NCBI GenBank assembly: GCA_963824275.1
Contig: CAWGOT010000001.1
Span: 300,499 to 364,498, forward strand
Direction of reading: 5' to 3'
Source of the DNA: an uncultured Planctomycetia bacterium
GTDB taxonomy: Bacteria > Planctomycetota > Planctomycetia > Pirellulales > Thermoguttaceae
Length of the DNA: 64,000 nt
The notes under the pieces were generated by a model. It was not told the DNA's origin. It was given only the letters and a program-made list of their open reading frames with translations, and ran no database searches. Numbering within the stretch: position 1 is the stretch's first letter; each line of letters starts with the position of its first letter. Made by a program: the position numbers and the translations under genes. This document shows positions 1 through 10,668 of this stretch, one piece after another.

Positions 1-4
1 TACG

Positions 5-75
5 CATCACGCCGACCAACGCTGCGCGTCGGTGCCCGCGTGATGGAAACCAAGCCATCACGGCGGAGCGTGATG
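5..75. repeat. Palindromic REP-like element, family I (arms CATCACGGCGGAGCGTGATG), with a degenerate left arm
   Basis: The right arm CATCACGGCGGAGCGTGATG lies at 56-75. The left arm CATCACGC...CGCGTGATG (5-45) is interrupted by a small internal hairpin. Intact copies occur at 23737-23792 and 32580-32635. Confidence 0.7.
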
Positions 76-98
76 TGTACGATTATTGTCTCAAACTC

Positions 99-680
99 CT
101 AACGTGCCGGCGTCGGCTTGCCCCGCACCGGTTCGGTCTCGAACAACTTCGACCGTAGATGGCCCTTGGCCCTCGCCAGGCGGCTCATCACGGTTCCCAT
201 CGGCAAATCGAGTTTCTCGGAGATTTCCCGGTAGGAACATTCCTCAAAGTAAAACATCGCCACCACCACGCGAAACTCAGCCGGCAACTCATCGATTGCC
301 GCCTGCAACTCGGCGCTATCCACGGCCCGGTCCGTCTCGCCCTCGGCCGGTACCATCTCCAGGTTCAGGCCCACGCTGGTGGCCAGGACCGGCTGCGTTC
401 GCTGCACCGTCTTGAGAAACGAATTCCGCAAAATGGTGAAGAGCCAACCCCGGGCCCGCTCGGTCTCGCGCAACTGTTCCAGCCGCTCCTGGGCGAGCAG
501 AAAGACCTGCTGCGTCAAATCTTCGGCATCCTGCACGACACCCGTCAAACGGTACGCATAGCGGTAAACGGCGTCAAGATGATCGTCGATCAGCCGCTGG
601 ATGTCGAAATTATTGCGATCACTGGCCATCACGGGCCCTAACCTGTTAGAGAGGGCGAGAGGCAGGTTTATTCCCGGCAA
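99..680 (-). CDS. ECF-type RNA polymerase sigma factor (sigma-70 family)
   Basis: Region 2-like DAEDLTQQVFLLAQERL and region 4 HTH YREISEKLDLPMGTVMSRLARAK are present. The more likely start is MASDRNN at 629. Confidence 0.85.
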   Translation of the reverse strand: MPGINLPLALSNRLGPVMASDRNNFDIQRLIDDHLDAVYRYAYRLTGVVQDAEDLTQQVFLLAQERLEQLRETERARGWLFTILRNSFLKTVQRTQPVLATSVGLNLEMVPAEGETDRAVDSAELQAAIDELPAEFRVVVAMFYFEECSYREISEKLDLPMGTVMSRLARAKGHLRSKLFETEPVRGKPTPAR

Positions 681-885
681 GGCAGGAAAAAGCCGGCCAA
701 ATCGCAGGAAAACGACCTTTTGGGGGTGCTGACCCCCATTCTTTGCCTTTTCGCCCCGCCATATTACGAATTTGGAAGAAATTGTAACGTACCCGGGAAT
801 AAATGCCTAGAGGCCGGTATCTAAGAGAGGACGACGGAGAGGTTCCGGCGGAAAACACAGATACTTGATTTTGAAGGTGGAAAAG

Positions 886-1050
886 ATGAAGAAGATTTTT
901 GCATTGGCTTTGCTGTTGGGTTTGGGAATCATGGTTGGTTGCACTGAGGAGACCAACAAGAAGCCGGCCACTACCCCCAGTGGTGGCGCACCGCATACGT
1001 CGGCTGCGACGCCCTCGGGCGCTCCCGCCCCGACTCCCAGTGGGAAGTAA
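886..1050 (+). CDS. Small lipoprotein (hypothetical)
   Basis: The N-terminus MKKIFALALLLGLGIMVGC has a signal peptide and lipobox, followed by a Pro/Ser/Thr-rich tail. A GAAGGTGG Shine-Dalgarno-like sequence lies upstream of the ATG at 886. The ORF track starts at the TTG at 865. Confidence 0.6.
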   Translation: MKKIFALALLLGLGIMVGCTEETNKKPATTPSGGAPHTSAATPSGAPAPTPSGK

Positions 1051-1143
1051 TCACTTCTTCGTGCAGAGAAATTGCAGGGGAAGGACGTTCTTGGGAACGG
1101 CCTTCCCTTTGTTTTCAATGTGCGGCAAGTGGGCCGTAGGACG

Positions 1144-1244
1144 TAGGGTGGGACAAGATCGCGTAGCGAGCGCCGGCCCACCATGCATTTGTGATTTTCG
1201 TTTATGGTGGGCCGGCACTCGCTACGCGGCCTTGTCCCACTTTA
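1144..1244. repeat. Palindromic element, family H (GTAGGGTGGGAC...GCCGGCCCACCAT arms)
   Basis: The left arm at 1144-1184 and its reverse complement at 1204-1244 flank a 19-nt loop. The element sits between convergent gene ends (lipoprotein and uvrB). Related copies occur at 11414-11500, 13355-13534, 33482-33571 and 45577-45618. Confidence 0.8.
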
Positions 1245-1250
1245 CAATCC

Positions 1251-3322
1251 TTACTTCCCGCGATTGGGGCGAGGAATCCGGCCGCCTGGGGGCCGCGGCG
1301 TCTTCCGGCCGCGACGGCCGCGGGTGCCGTGCCCGACCTCGGCGTCCGCCACCGATTTGCCCATCTGGGACTTCATCTGCTGGATGCGATCGCGCAGGGC
1401 GGCGGCCCGCTCGAACTCCAATGCCTCGGCCGCGGCCATCATCTCGGCTTCCAACTCGGCGAGATACTCCTCGGTGATGTATTGGGCCTCGTCGCCCCGG
1501 CCTACGGCCGCGTAGGACTTGGCATGCGCGGCCGCCTCGGACTCGATGCCCGCGTGGATCGCCTTGCGGATCGTTTCCGGCGTGATGCCGTGCTCCGCGT
1601 TGTAGGCCCGCTGCATCTCGCGGCGGCGGCGGGTCTCTTCGATCGCCCGCTGCATCGAGTCGGTCACCTTGTCGGCATACAGGAGCACCTTGGCGTTGAC
1701 GTTTCGGGCCGAGCGGCCGATCGTCTGCATCAGCGACGTTTCGCTCCGCAGGAAGCCTTCCTTGTCGGCGTCGAGGATCGCCACCAGCGAGACCTCGGGC
1801 AGGTCGAGGCCCTCGCGGAGGAGGTTCACGCCCACCAGCACGTCGAACTGGCCCTGCCGCAGGTCGCGAAGCAGCTCGACCCGCTCGAAGGCGTCCAGCT
1901 CGCTATGCAGCCACTTGCAGCGGACGTCCTGCTTGCTGAAATAGGCCGCCAGGTCCTCGGCCAGCCGCTTGGTGAGCGTGGTCACCAGCACCCGTTCGCC
2001 CGCCTTTGCCCGTTGGCGGATCTGTTCCAGCAGGTGCGGCACCTGGGTCCGGGCCGGGGCGATTTCGATCTCCGGATCGAGCAGGCCCGTCGGCCGGATC
2101 ACCTGCTCGACCGTCTCGCCCTCCGTCTTGGCCAATTCGTAGGGCCCGGGCGTGGCCGAGACGAAGATCACCTGGTTGAACCGGCCCTCCCATTCCTCGA
2201 ACCGGAGCGGCCGGTTGTCCAAGGCGCTGGGCAGGCGGAAGCCGTGCTCGACCAGCGTGACCTTGCGGTTGTGGTCGCCGAAATACATGCCGCGGATCTG
2301 CGGCACGGTGACGTGCGACTCATCGACCAAGAGCAGGAAATCATCGGGAAAGAAGCTGAAGAGCGTGTCGGGCGGCGAGCCCGGCGGCCGGCCGCTGAGC
2401 GGCCGGCTGTAGTTCTCGATGCCCGGGCAGTAGCCCACTTCCTGCATCATCTCGATGTCGAATCGCGTCCGGCGCTGAGCCGCTGGGCCTCCAGCAGCTT
2501 GCCGTCGAGGCGGAGGCGTTCCAGCCGCTCTTCCAGCTCGCGCTTGATTTCGTCCACCGCGCCCTTGATCCGCTCCTCCGGCAGGACGAAGTGCTTGCAG
2601 GGGTAGATGAAGCACTCCGCTTTCCGCTCGATGACCTCGCCGCTGGTGGGATTGATGATCGAGAGCTGCTCGACCTCGTCGCCCCAGAACTCGACGCGCA
2701 GGGCGACTTCCTCGTAGCTCGGCCAGATCTCGACGCAATCGCCGCGGACGCGGAACTTGCCCGGCTGGAACTCGAAGTCGGCCCGTTCGTACTGGATATC
2801 GACCAGCTTGGCGAGGATGAAGTCGCGGTCGACGACCTTGCCCACGTTCAGGCCGACCATCATCGCGCGGTAGTCTTCGGGCGAGCCCAGGCCGTAGATG
2901 CACGACACGCTGGCCACGATGATCACGTCGCGGCGGCTGACCAGGGCACTGGTGGCCGCCAGCCGCAGGCGGTCGATCTGCTGGTTGATCGAGGCGTCTT
3001 TTTCGATGTAGATGTCGCGCTGCGGGATGTAGGCCTCGGGCTGGTAGTAGTCGTAATAGCTGACGAAGTAGTGGACCGCGTTGTGCGGGAAGAACTCCTT
3101 GAACTCCGGAGTAGAGCTGGGCGGCCAGCGTCTTGTTGTGCGACATGACCAGCGTCGGCCGCTGCACGGCCTGGATGACGTTGGCCATCGTGAAGGTCTT
3201 GCCCGAGCCGGTGACGCCCATCAGGACCTGCTCTTTCTTGCCTTCGCGCAGGCCGTCGACGAGTTTTCGATGGCTTGCGGCTGATCGCCGGCGGGCTGGA
3301 AGGGGGCGACGAGTTGAAACAT
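1251..3322 (-). CDS. uvrB: Excinuclease ABC subunit B (UvrB), broken by three 1-nt frame shifts in this sequence
   Basis: Four minus-strand frame segments stitch into a full UvrB.
- [19 protein letters not shown]
- [43 protein letters not shown]
- [39 protein letters not shown]
- [23 protein letters not shown]...[17 protein letters not shown]

The frame switches lie at about 3264-3267 (a T4 run), 3106-3109 and 2469-2472. Confidence 0.95.
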
Positions 3323-4010
3323 ACTCACCTGGCTGCACGTTGTTGCGCACCCAATCGCGGAAGGAACGGGCAAGGGTGGTGCGGCGCACGAGTCCCAATT
3401 GCCGCACGATCTCCTCGATCTTGCCAATGGGCATTTTCGGAAAGCAGATGCTCGTGTCGCGGGGAATGTACTCGCCCTCTTTGGAAAGCTCGAGGACGCT
3501 GAGCGTGCCGGCGCTCCAGCACCACAATTCGGGGACGCGGAATTTGGCGTAGATTGCTTTCTTGTCCAACAGCTTGCGAGTTACTTCCACTTCGATGGCC
3601 AGGTCGGGCGGCGGATCGACCTTGAAATTGATCTTCTGCTTGTCCCACATCTGCGGCTCGTGTTGCACGTAATAGCAATTATCGGGCTCGAAGCCGCGCT
3701 CGAGCACCGAACGCCGGATCGTCATCGTTCCGCAACAGACAATCGCGACATCAAGCTCGATCGCCCAAACGTCGATCAAAGTCCCGAGCAGTTCGGCAAT
3801 TTCTTCGTGGGCTCGCGACGGCGACATGATTTCCAACTCTCCCCGGTCATAGGTCATGCGAATGTTGTAGTTCTCCGGCATCTTGCGAAGTCTGCGATAC
3901 ATCTTCCAGGGAATGCCGTGAACGACCACGGAGCCGCCGGAACCAAGCGTCGCGCCCCAGTCGTTTTCTTCGGTGGTCGCTTCGACCGCGGTTTCCAAGT
4001 CGGTGGCCAT
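3323..4010 (-). CDS. Uma2-family (DUF820) putative endonuclease; its 3' end is unresolved because it reads in frame into uvrB as given
   Basis: The translation reads MATDLE...[14 protein letters not shown]...[12 protein letters not shown]...AKFRVPELW, which is typical Uma2 PD-(D/E)xK-like spacing. No in-frame stop occurs before the uvrB ATG at 3322. Confidence 0.65.
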
Positions 4011-4303
4011 TGCCTTTGTCTCCAGGGAAAGTCGACAGGTATTGGTTCATTATAGCGGCACACAGGCCCCGTTGCACGCCCGCCGCAAAAATGGCCCTAC
4101 GTGGGCAAACGGAATAAATTTTCTGGTGCAGCGGAAACTCGCCCGCCGCAGGCACAGCGTCTACTGGAATCCGCTCTGGAAGCAGCTCGAGCCGATGCAC
4201 TGCAGCCGCTGCGGCGACGGGGCCTTCGGACTGGCCTTTACGGACGACGAGGTCGAGCCGCTGTGCGCGGCCTGCTCGCGACAAACGCCTGTCCGCGGCA
4301 AGA

Positions 4304-5090
4304 TTAGAACCACGCAGCCGTAAATCCACCGTCAACATTGACGTGCGTGCCGGTGATGAACTTCCCGGCCACGGGGGCGACCAGGAGCAGCAGCGCGCCG
4401 ATCAGTTCCTCCGGCTCGCCGTACCGCTTCATGGGCGTGCCGCGCATGATGTTGTCGGTCCGCTCCTGGTCCAGCAGCTTGCGGTTCTGCTCGGCGGGGA
4501 AAAAGCCGGGGCAGATGGCGTTGACCCGCACGCCCAACGGGCCGAACTCCTGGGCCACGTTGCGCGTGAGGTTGAGCACGCCGGCCTTCGAGGCCGAATA
4601 GGCGAAAACCTTCGACAGCGGCAGGTGGGAGGTCACGCTGCCGATGTTGACGATGGCCCCGCCGCCCGCCTTGACCATGTGGCCGCCGAAGACCTGGCAG
4701 CCCTGGAAGACGGCGCGGAGGTTGATCGCCATGATGCGGTCCCAGTCGGCGTCGGTCGCATCCAGGAACCTGGTGCCGGCGTTCACTCCTGCACAGTTGA
4801 TGAGGATGTCGGCCCGGCCCGTCTGCTGGAGGGTCGCGGCCAACAAGTTCTCGATCGACGATCGCTGGGTGACATCGACCGTCGACCAGCCGGCCTGGAT
4901 GCCGCACTGCTGGAGCTCGGTCACTCGGGCTTTGCAAGCGATCGTCCTTCAGGTCGGCGATGATGACGTGGGCCCCGGCCGAGCCGAGCCCTTTGGCCAG
5001 GGCAAAGCCGAGCACGCCGGCCCCGCCGATGACCACGGCCGTCTGGCCTTCAATGGAAAACAGATCGTGAAGATATTGCTGGGAGGACAT
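4304..5090 (-). CDS. SDR-family oxidoreductase, with one frame shift at about 4935-4945
   Basis: The N-terminal frame gives MSSQQYLHDLFSIEGQTAVVIGGAGVLGFALAKGL (Rossmann TGxxxGxG-like). The C-terminal frame gives INCAGVNAG...YSASKAGVLNLTRNVA (YxxxK)...HVNVDGGFTAAWF. Confidence 0.85.
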
Positions 5091-5113
5091 AGGGGTTCCT
5101 TGTCTGGTGAAGT

Positions 5114-5362
5114 TCAAGCAAAATTATCGCGAATGAAGGCTTCCTTCGTGGTATCCAGTTCGACGGCCACCTCATTCAAGATCCGACCGAACGTCCCCGT
5201 CCGCAACACGGAATGGCGGGGTATCGTAACTTCCTGCTCCGAGCCAGTTGCCTTTCGCGTCAAACGCACGTGGCTGGCAGTCTGCCGCGAAACGTGGTAA
5301 CCGTAGGCCCCGAGTTTTCGGGCTAACTCCGCACCGCTGACGTTAAGGGGAATTCGAGGCAT
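5114..5362 (-). CDS. HicA-like (YcfA family) toxin
   Basis: SGAELARKLGAYGYHVSRQTASHVRLT...VTIPRHSVLRTGTFGRILNEV resembles the HicA consensus (..G...rq.GSH..f.....vtvP.H..l..gtl..Il.q). It lies directly downstream of a HicB-like ORF. Confidence 0.6.
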   Translation of the reverse strand: MPRIPLNVSGAELARKLGAYGYHVSRQTASHVRLTRKATGSEQEVTIPRHSVLRTGTFGRILNEVAVELDTTKEAFIRDNFA

Positions 5363-5368
5363 CGCAGC

Positions 5369-5575
5369 TCAAGTACCAATGACTTCCTCACGCACGAAAT
5401 GCAATCGAATGATCCGCGGCCGGGCGGCTTCGTCGAAATGGCAAACGACGGCGTCTCGAACCATCCCCCGAAGTTCGTCCAGGGTGTCCGCTTCCGTAAA
5501 TATCGGCGCGGTAAGGGCCTTGGCCTCGTAGCCGCCATCCGGCGACTCTTCAACCAGGAAAATGATCTCGTTCAT
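5369..5575 (-). CDS. HicB-like (UPF0150) antitoxin
   Basis: MNEIIFLVEESPDGGYEAKALTAPIFTEADTLDELRGMVRDAV matches the HicB N-terminal fold pattern. A 6-nt gap separates it from the HicA-like ORF. Confidence 0.6.
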   Translation of the reverse strand: MNEIIFLVEESPDGGYEAKALTAPIFTEADTLDELRGMVRDAVVCHFDEAARPRIIRLHFVREEVIGT

Positions 5576-5578
5576 GCC

Positions 5579-7015
5579 TCAGGGCTCCTTTCGCAGCCGC
5601 AGCCAGTCACTATGGAAGACGCCCGGCTTGTCAATCCGCTGATAGGTGTGGGCGCCGAAATAATCGCGCTGCGCCTGGAGCAGATTGGCCGGCAGCCGGG
5701 CGCTGCGATAGCCGTCGTAATAGGCCAACGCCGTGGAGAAGGCCGGCGTGGGGATGCCCAACCGGACGGCCGTGGCAATCACGTTCCGCCAGGCGTCCTG
5801 GGCCTTGGCCGTGGCCTCCTTGAAGTAGGGCGCCAAGAGCAGGTTCTCCAGCTTGGGATCGGCGTCGAAGGCCTCCTTGATCCGCTCCAGGAAGACCGCG
5901 CGGATGATGCAGCCGCCGCGCCACAGCAGGGCGATGGGGCCGAAATCGAGCGGCCACTTGTACTCCACGGCCGCCGCCTGCATCTGCACGTAGCCCTGGG
6001 CGTAGCTCACGATCTTCGAGGCGTACAGGGCCTGGCGGACCTGCTCGATGAACTCCGTGCGGTCGCCCTCGTACTTGCCCGAAGGACCGGCCAGCTTCGA
6101 CGCTGCGCGGAGCCGGGCGTCGCGGAGGGCCGAGAGACAGCGGGCGTAAACGGCCTCGGTCACCAACGTGCTGGGCACGCCCAGGTCGAGCGCCAACTGG
6201 CTCATCCACTTGCCCGTGCCCTTGGCCCCGGCCGCGTCCATGATGGTGTCGACCAGGTGCCCGCCGGTCTCGGGATCGCGAACGCTGAAGATGTCGCGGG
6301 TGATCTCGATGAGGTAACTGTCCAGGTCGCCGTGATTCCAGTCGTCGAAGACCTCGTAGAGCTCGTCGTTGCTCAGGCCCAGGGCATTCTTGAGGATCCA
6401 GTAGGCCTCGCAGATCAACTGCATGTCGCCGTACTCGATGCCGTTATGGACCATCTTCACGTAATGGCCGGCGCCGCGAGGGCCGACCCACTCGCAGCAG
6501 GGGATGTCGCGCTTGGGCCCGACCTTGGCCGAGATCGCCTGGAAGATCGGTTTGACCAGGGGCCAAGCCTTTTCGCTGCCGCCGGGCATGATGCTGGGGC
6601 CCTTCAGCGCGCCCTCTTCGCCGCCGGAAACGCCGGTGCCGATGAACAGCAGGCCCTTCGATTCGACGTACTGCGTGCGGCGTTCGGTGTCGTGGAAATA
6701 GGTGTTGCCGCCGTCGATGATCACGTCGCCGGGCGAGAGCAGCGGAATCAGGTGCTCGATGAACTCATCGACCGCCGGGCCGGCCTTGACCATCAGCATC
6801 ACCTTGCGGGGCGCGGCCAGGCTGCCGACCAGTTGTTCCAGGCTGTGGCAGCCGCAGAAGCGTTTGCCCTTGGCCCGGCCGTTGATGAACTCATCGACCT
6901 TGCTCACGGTGCGGTTGAAGACGGCGACGGAGTAGCCGCGGCTCTCGATATTGAGGGCCAGGTTCTCGCCCATCACCGCCAGGCCGATAAGACCAAAATC
7001 ACAGTTGGCTGGCAT
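5579..7015 (-). CDS. gnd: 6-phosphogluconate dehydrogenase (decarboxylating)
   Basis: This is an intact 478-aa ORF. It contains FGLIGLAVMGENLALN (NADP site), GGNTYF, MPGGS, GAGHYVKMVHNGIEYGDMQ and AQRDYFGAHTY. Confidence 0.95.
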   Translation of the reverse strand: MPANCDFGLIGLAVMGENLALNIESRGYSVAVFNRTVSKVDEFINGRAKGKRFCGCHSLEQLVGSLAAPRKVMLMVKAGPAVDEFIEHLIPLLSPGDVIIDGGNTYFHDTERRTQYVESKGLLFIGTGVSGGEEGALKGPSIMPGGSEKAWPLVKPIFQAISAKVGPKRDIPCCEWVGPRGAGHYVKMVHNGIEYGDMQLICEAYWILKNALGLSNDELYEVFDDWNHGDLDSYLIEITRDIFSVRDPETGGHLVDTIMDAAGAKGTGKWMSQLALDLGVPSTLVTEAVYARCLSALRDARLRAASKLAGPSGKYEGDRTEFIEQVRQALYASKIVSYAQGYVQMQAAAVEYKWPLDFGPIALLWRGGCIIRAVFLERIKEAFDADPKLENLLLAPYFKEATAKAQDAWRNVIATAVRLGIPTPAFSTALAYYDGYRSARLPANLLQAQRDYFGAHTYQRIDKPGVFHSDWLRLRKEP

Positions 7016-7037
7016 CGTAGTAAACTCCTAGATGAAG

Positions 7038-7175
7038 AAAAATCCGAAATCCGAATGTCGAAATCCGAAACAAATCCTAAGAACCAAAATCATAATGACC
7101 GAAGCTCCGTTTGAACTTTTAGCTCTTGCTATTTGTTATTCGTTTTTTGTTTCGGATTTCGAGATTCGGATTTCC
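7038..7175. repeat. Heptamer-periodic inverted repeat (AAATCCG family) forming a long spacer hairpin
   Basis: The left arm AAAAATCCGAAATCCGAATGTCGAAATCCGAAACAAATCC lies at 7038-7077. The right arm TTGTTTCGGATTTCGAGATTCGGATTTCC lies at 7147-7175. The element sits between the HAD stop and the gnd start, both on the minus strand. Confidence 0.85.
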
Positions 7176-7179
7176 TTGG

Positions 7180-8043
7180 TCACTTGATCTTCCAGGGCGG
7201 AAGTTCCGGCAGGTAGCGATCGAATTCGGCGAGCAATTCCCCTTGGTACTTGCCCGCGAACGTGCCGTCGAAAAATCGCTGCAAGCCCTCGTTCAGGAGC
7301 CGCTTCCAACTGCCCTCTTCCGCGCCGGGATTGATGGGGAAGAAGAGGGCCCCGTTGGCCGCGGCCGCCTTGTAATCGCCCAGGGCGTCGCCAATCATCA
7401 GGGTATGGCAGGGCGGATACTGCCTGGCAGGTTGCAGGCATTCTTTCTTCGTGCCGATCTCCTGGCCGCAGATGGCCACGACATACTTGGCCAGGTCGTG
7501 TTCGTCCCATTCCCGCTGCAAGGCCTCGTGCGGCGTGGCCGAGACGACCAGCACGTCGGCCTGCGCAACCATCTTCTCCAGGCAAGGACGGACGGAAGGG
7601 AACGGCGGCACGTTGTGGACGATCTCCTCGACCGAGCGGTTCACGGCCTTCGACCATTCCAGGAGGTGTTTCAGGTCCGGGTCGCCCGTCTCCATCACGG
7701 CCTTTTCCAGCGACGGATTCCCCGGCTTGGGCTCAGCGGCAACCCAATCGCGGACGGACTGCGGGACGGTAATTTTCACCCCCCTGGCAACAACCTCCGG
7801 CCGGGCCGCCGTCAATTCCAGGTGTTCGATCAGGGCCGGAAAGCGGTTGGTGCCCCGGCTTTTCGAGTACAAATTGACGAAATCCCATGCCTCGCGGGCG
7901 TATTTGCTTACGCCCGCCAGCCCGAAATACTTGATGACGTTGGGGGCGAAGCATTCCTTGTGCTTCACTTCCATGGTGTCGAAGACGCAACCATCGGAGT
8001 CGATCCCGACCAGAAAGGGGTGTTTGGAAACGAGGTCGATCAT
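7180..8043 (-). CDS. HAD-superfamily hydrolase/phosphatase
   Basis: Motif I is VGIDSDGCVFDT (DxDx[TV]) and motif IV is MIGDALGDYKAA. The 287-aa ORF is intact. Confidence 0.75.
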   Translation of the reverse strand: MIDLVSKHPFLVGIDSDGCVFDTMEVKHKECFAPNVIKYFGLAGVSKYAREAWDFVNLYSKSRGTNRFPALIEHLELTAARPEVVARGVKITVPQSVRDWVAAEPKPGNPSLEKAVMETGDPDLKHLLEWSKAVNRSVEEIVHNVPPFPSVRPCLEKMVAQADVLVVSATPHEALQREWDEHDLAKYVVAICGQEIGTKKECLQPARQYPPCHTLMIGDALGDYKAAAANGALFFPINPGAEEGSWKRLLNEGLQRFFDGTFAGKYQGELLAEFDRYLPELPPWKIK

Positions 8044-8280
8044 GACGGTAGGTTCGCTCTGGAAGCCAATCCCTGCGAAAAAATGGAATTACGATTGTAA
8101 TATGAGGCCGGGCGGGTGGCAATGAGGGGCGAGAGGGCCGTTTTGGCTTGTGTGCCGATAGGATATCCAACCGCCTACGTGCCGGAGACCCGGAGACCGA
8201 ATTTGTCTCGACACGGCACGCCGCGAGAATGTACAATGTAATGGCAACGTCCATACGCACGTTCCAAAGGAAATGGTCGC

Positions 8281-8589
8281 ATGAGCAGCAAATCGAGCCC
8301 CAGAGCTTCACTCAAGGAAAGTAAAGTTCAGCTTCGGCTGCGGCCAGCACAGAAGGACCTCATCGCCCGGGCGGCGCAGCTCAAACAAACCACGCTGACC
8401 AGTTTCATGGTTGAACATGCCTATAGCGCCGCCCAGGAAGTGCTTGCGGATCAGGTACATTTTTCGCTGTCGCCGGAGCGTTGGGAGGAGTTTTGCGCGG
8501 CGCTTGACGCACCGCCCAAAGTCATCCCGGCCTTGCGCAAACTCTTGAAGAAACCCAGCGTGTTTGATGATGGCGCAACTCGTTCATGA
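8281..8589 (+). CDS. DUF1778 (TacA-like, RHH) antitoxin
   Basis: The pattern SKVQLRLRPAQKDLIARAAQLKQTTLTSFMVEHAYSAAQEVLADQ is typical of DUF1778. The ORF overlaps the downstream GNAT ORF. Confidence 0.8.
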   Translation: MSSKSSPRASLKESKVQLRLRPAQKDLIARAAQLKQTTLTSFMVEHAYSAAQEVLADQVHFSLSPERWEEFCAALDAPPKVIPALRKLLKKPSVFDDGATRS

Positions 8590-9075
8590 ACCGGTCGCGC
8601 TGGAAAAAAGCCACGACCTTTCTGCCTTCGATTGCGGCGTCCAGCGGTTGAACGATTATCTGCGCAAATACGCGTTGACCAACCATCAGAACCGGTCTGC
8701 GCGGACGTACGTCGCCATGCGCAGCGAACGAGTTGTCGGTTACTATACCTTAGCGTCGGGCTCCGTGGGCCGTGAGGAAGCGCCGCCGCGCGTGGCACAC
8801 GGTCTGGGCCGCTATCCCGTGCCGGTCATTCTGCTTGCGCGACTGGCCGTCGACAACAGCGAACAGGGCCGTGGCCTTGGCGCTGGGCTTGTCAAGGACG
8901 CAATTTTGCGGGCCGCTCAGGCAGCCGACATTATCGGCGTCCGCGCCTTCTCACGCACGCCAAAGACGAAGCCGCGAAGACCTTCTATAGACATTTCGGC
9001 TTTGAATCGTCGCCCGTGAACGAACTGCATTTATTCTTGCTGATGAAGGACATCCAGAAGACGCTCAAGGGATAA
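8564..9075 (+). CDS. GNAT-family acetyltransferase toxin (TacT-like), with one frame shift at about 8948-8952
   Basis: The N-terminal part reads LSAFDCGVQRLNDYLRKYA...YYTLASGSV...LLARLAVDNSEQGRGLGAGLV (acetyl-CoA site). After the shift the C-terminus reads THAKDEAAKTFYRHFGFESSPVNELHLFLLMKDIQKTLKG, with the stop at 9073-9075. Confidence 0.8.
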
Positions 9076-9193
9076 ACACGGCATCATCGCTGCGCAAAGA
9101 CGCCCGTCTCGCTCGCATTCGCGCCGCCTCATTCCAGAACGCCTCATCAAATACGCCTCCCTGAAAAGCGTCTTCAATAGCATCTAAGCACCC

Positions 9194-10481
9194 TCATCGT
9201 CGCGCCCCTCCCGGCCGCGATTTCCCTTGCCGCTTGAATTCGGCAAGCAGGAAACTGATCCCCTGACAGTAGTTGCGGACCGCCTGGGCGTAGTCGCCGG
9301 TCTGATTACCGGCGGCGGCGCGATCGATCAGGATGTTGAGCGCTCCGGTATCGACCGCCAGATCGGCCTGCGCGGCGGCCTCGCGGAGCTCCCGCAAGGT
9401 CTCGGCCAGGTGCCGAACGAACTCCGGCGAGGGCGAGCAAACGACCGCCGTATAGGGGCCGCGGCCGTAGCGCTGCCCGTTCAGCACCGGCCCCTTTTGC
9501 TCGCCGCCTTGACGATAGATCATGGCCCCGACCCCCAGCACCGCCGTGGCCACAAGAAAGCGCTGCCGGAATGAACTGCTGCATGATCAGGAACCCCAGG
9601 CCGGCCAGGCCCACGACTCCCATGGCAATCCAAAGCGTGGAGGGCACCGGCCGCAGGTTGGCACGGGAACGGGGCATGTCGCCGCTCGCCTGCGACCAAC
9701 CCTGCCCCACGGCCTTGGCGATGATCACGGTGATATTGTCCGGTCCGCCGCGGAGGTTCGCCAGATCGACCAGCGCCTGCACGGCCTCGGCCGGCGGCAT
9801 GCTGCCGAGAATCATGCCCAACTCCGCATCGTGTACCGGGCCGGAAAGGCCGTCGCTGCACATCAGGAAGGTGTCGCCCGTAACCACCGGATGCGGACCT
9901 TCCAGATCGACCTGGACCTTGGGGTTAGGGCCCAGCGAACGGGTAATCACGTTCTTCTGCACATAGTCGGGCACCTCCTGCCCTGCCGCGCGGATTTCCC
10001 AGACCAGGCTGTGGTCGAACGTCAACTGTTCGAGGCGATTGCCGCGGAGTCGATAGGCCCGGCTGTCGCCCACGTGGGCCACCAAGGCCCCATAGGGCAG
10101 CAAGACCAGGGCGGTCGTGGTCGTCCCCATCCCCCGGAAATCAATCGCCTGGCCGCGGTTGTTGATCTGTGCGTTGGCTTCTTCCAGGGCTGCCAAGACC
10201 GCTTCCGCTGGCGTGTTGTCCATCAACTTGTGATAGACCAGCGGCACGGTATCGGTGGAGATCTTGCTGGCCAACTCGCCCGCGGCGTGGGCCCCCATGC
10301 CGTCGGCCACCACGAACAGATCCCCGCGCTGCTGCCATAAACTCGGGCTGGCGGCCGGCATCACGGCCAGCGAGTCCTGGTTGTTCGACCGCCGCAAGCC
10401 AACGTCGCTCAACGCGGCATACTCCAGCCGGGCCGCGACGCTGTCGGATTGTGGCTCCGGCGAATGCCCTGATTGTGACAT
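9194..10481 (-). CDS. PP2C-family Ser/Thr protein phosphatase with a TM segment and C-terminal domain, with one frame shift at about 9556-9566
   Basis: GLRRSNNQDS, FVVADGMGAHAAGELAS and GGPDNITVIIAK are PP2C motifs. After the TM segment the reading continues in the frame of ORF 9194-9553 (ATAVLGVGAMIYRQ...). Confidence 0.85.
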
Positions 10482-10668
10482 GGATGTGCCGATCGTGAAG
10501 GCCGCAGCCCAGAACTTGGATTTAACTATATGTTAACGCGGGCCGAGAATGCCTGCCAGGGGAAGGAGGGCAATCCAAGGGCCAAATTGACCTGGAATCA
10601 TCGGCCGCCGGGCGTTATACTCCCGCCCTCGTCGCATTTCTTCATTTGCCCCCCCATCAAGGGATCTG

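Noticed and set aside
1191-2606. Long ORFs antisense to, or out of frame with, recognised genes. Examples: 1191-2606 (+), 5399-7114 (+), 25758-26336 (-), 29556-31658 (-), 33595-34872 (-), 37423-38898 (-), 42687-43964 (-), 45539-46822 (+), 46614-47945 (+), 49419-51257 (-), 55363-56361 (-), 63145-63981 (-).
   Set aside because: They are shadow ORFs typical of high-GC DNA. Their translations are Arg/Gly/Ala/Pro-rich with no motifs. Each one overlaps a gene with a clear family signature on the other strand or frame.
4195-4323. A 42-codon zinc-ribbon-like ORF (MHCSRCGDG...PLCAACS) between the Uma2 and SDR genes.
   Set aside because: It has a CxxC...CxxC pattern, but it is short and overlaps the convergent SDR 3' end. 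I could see no ribosome-binding site. It cannot be distinguished from chance in GC-rich DNA.
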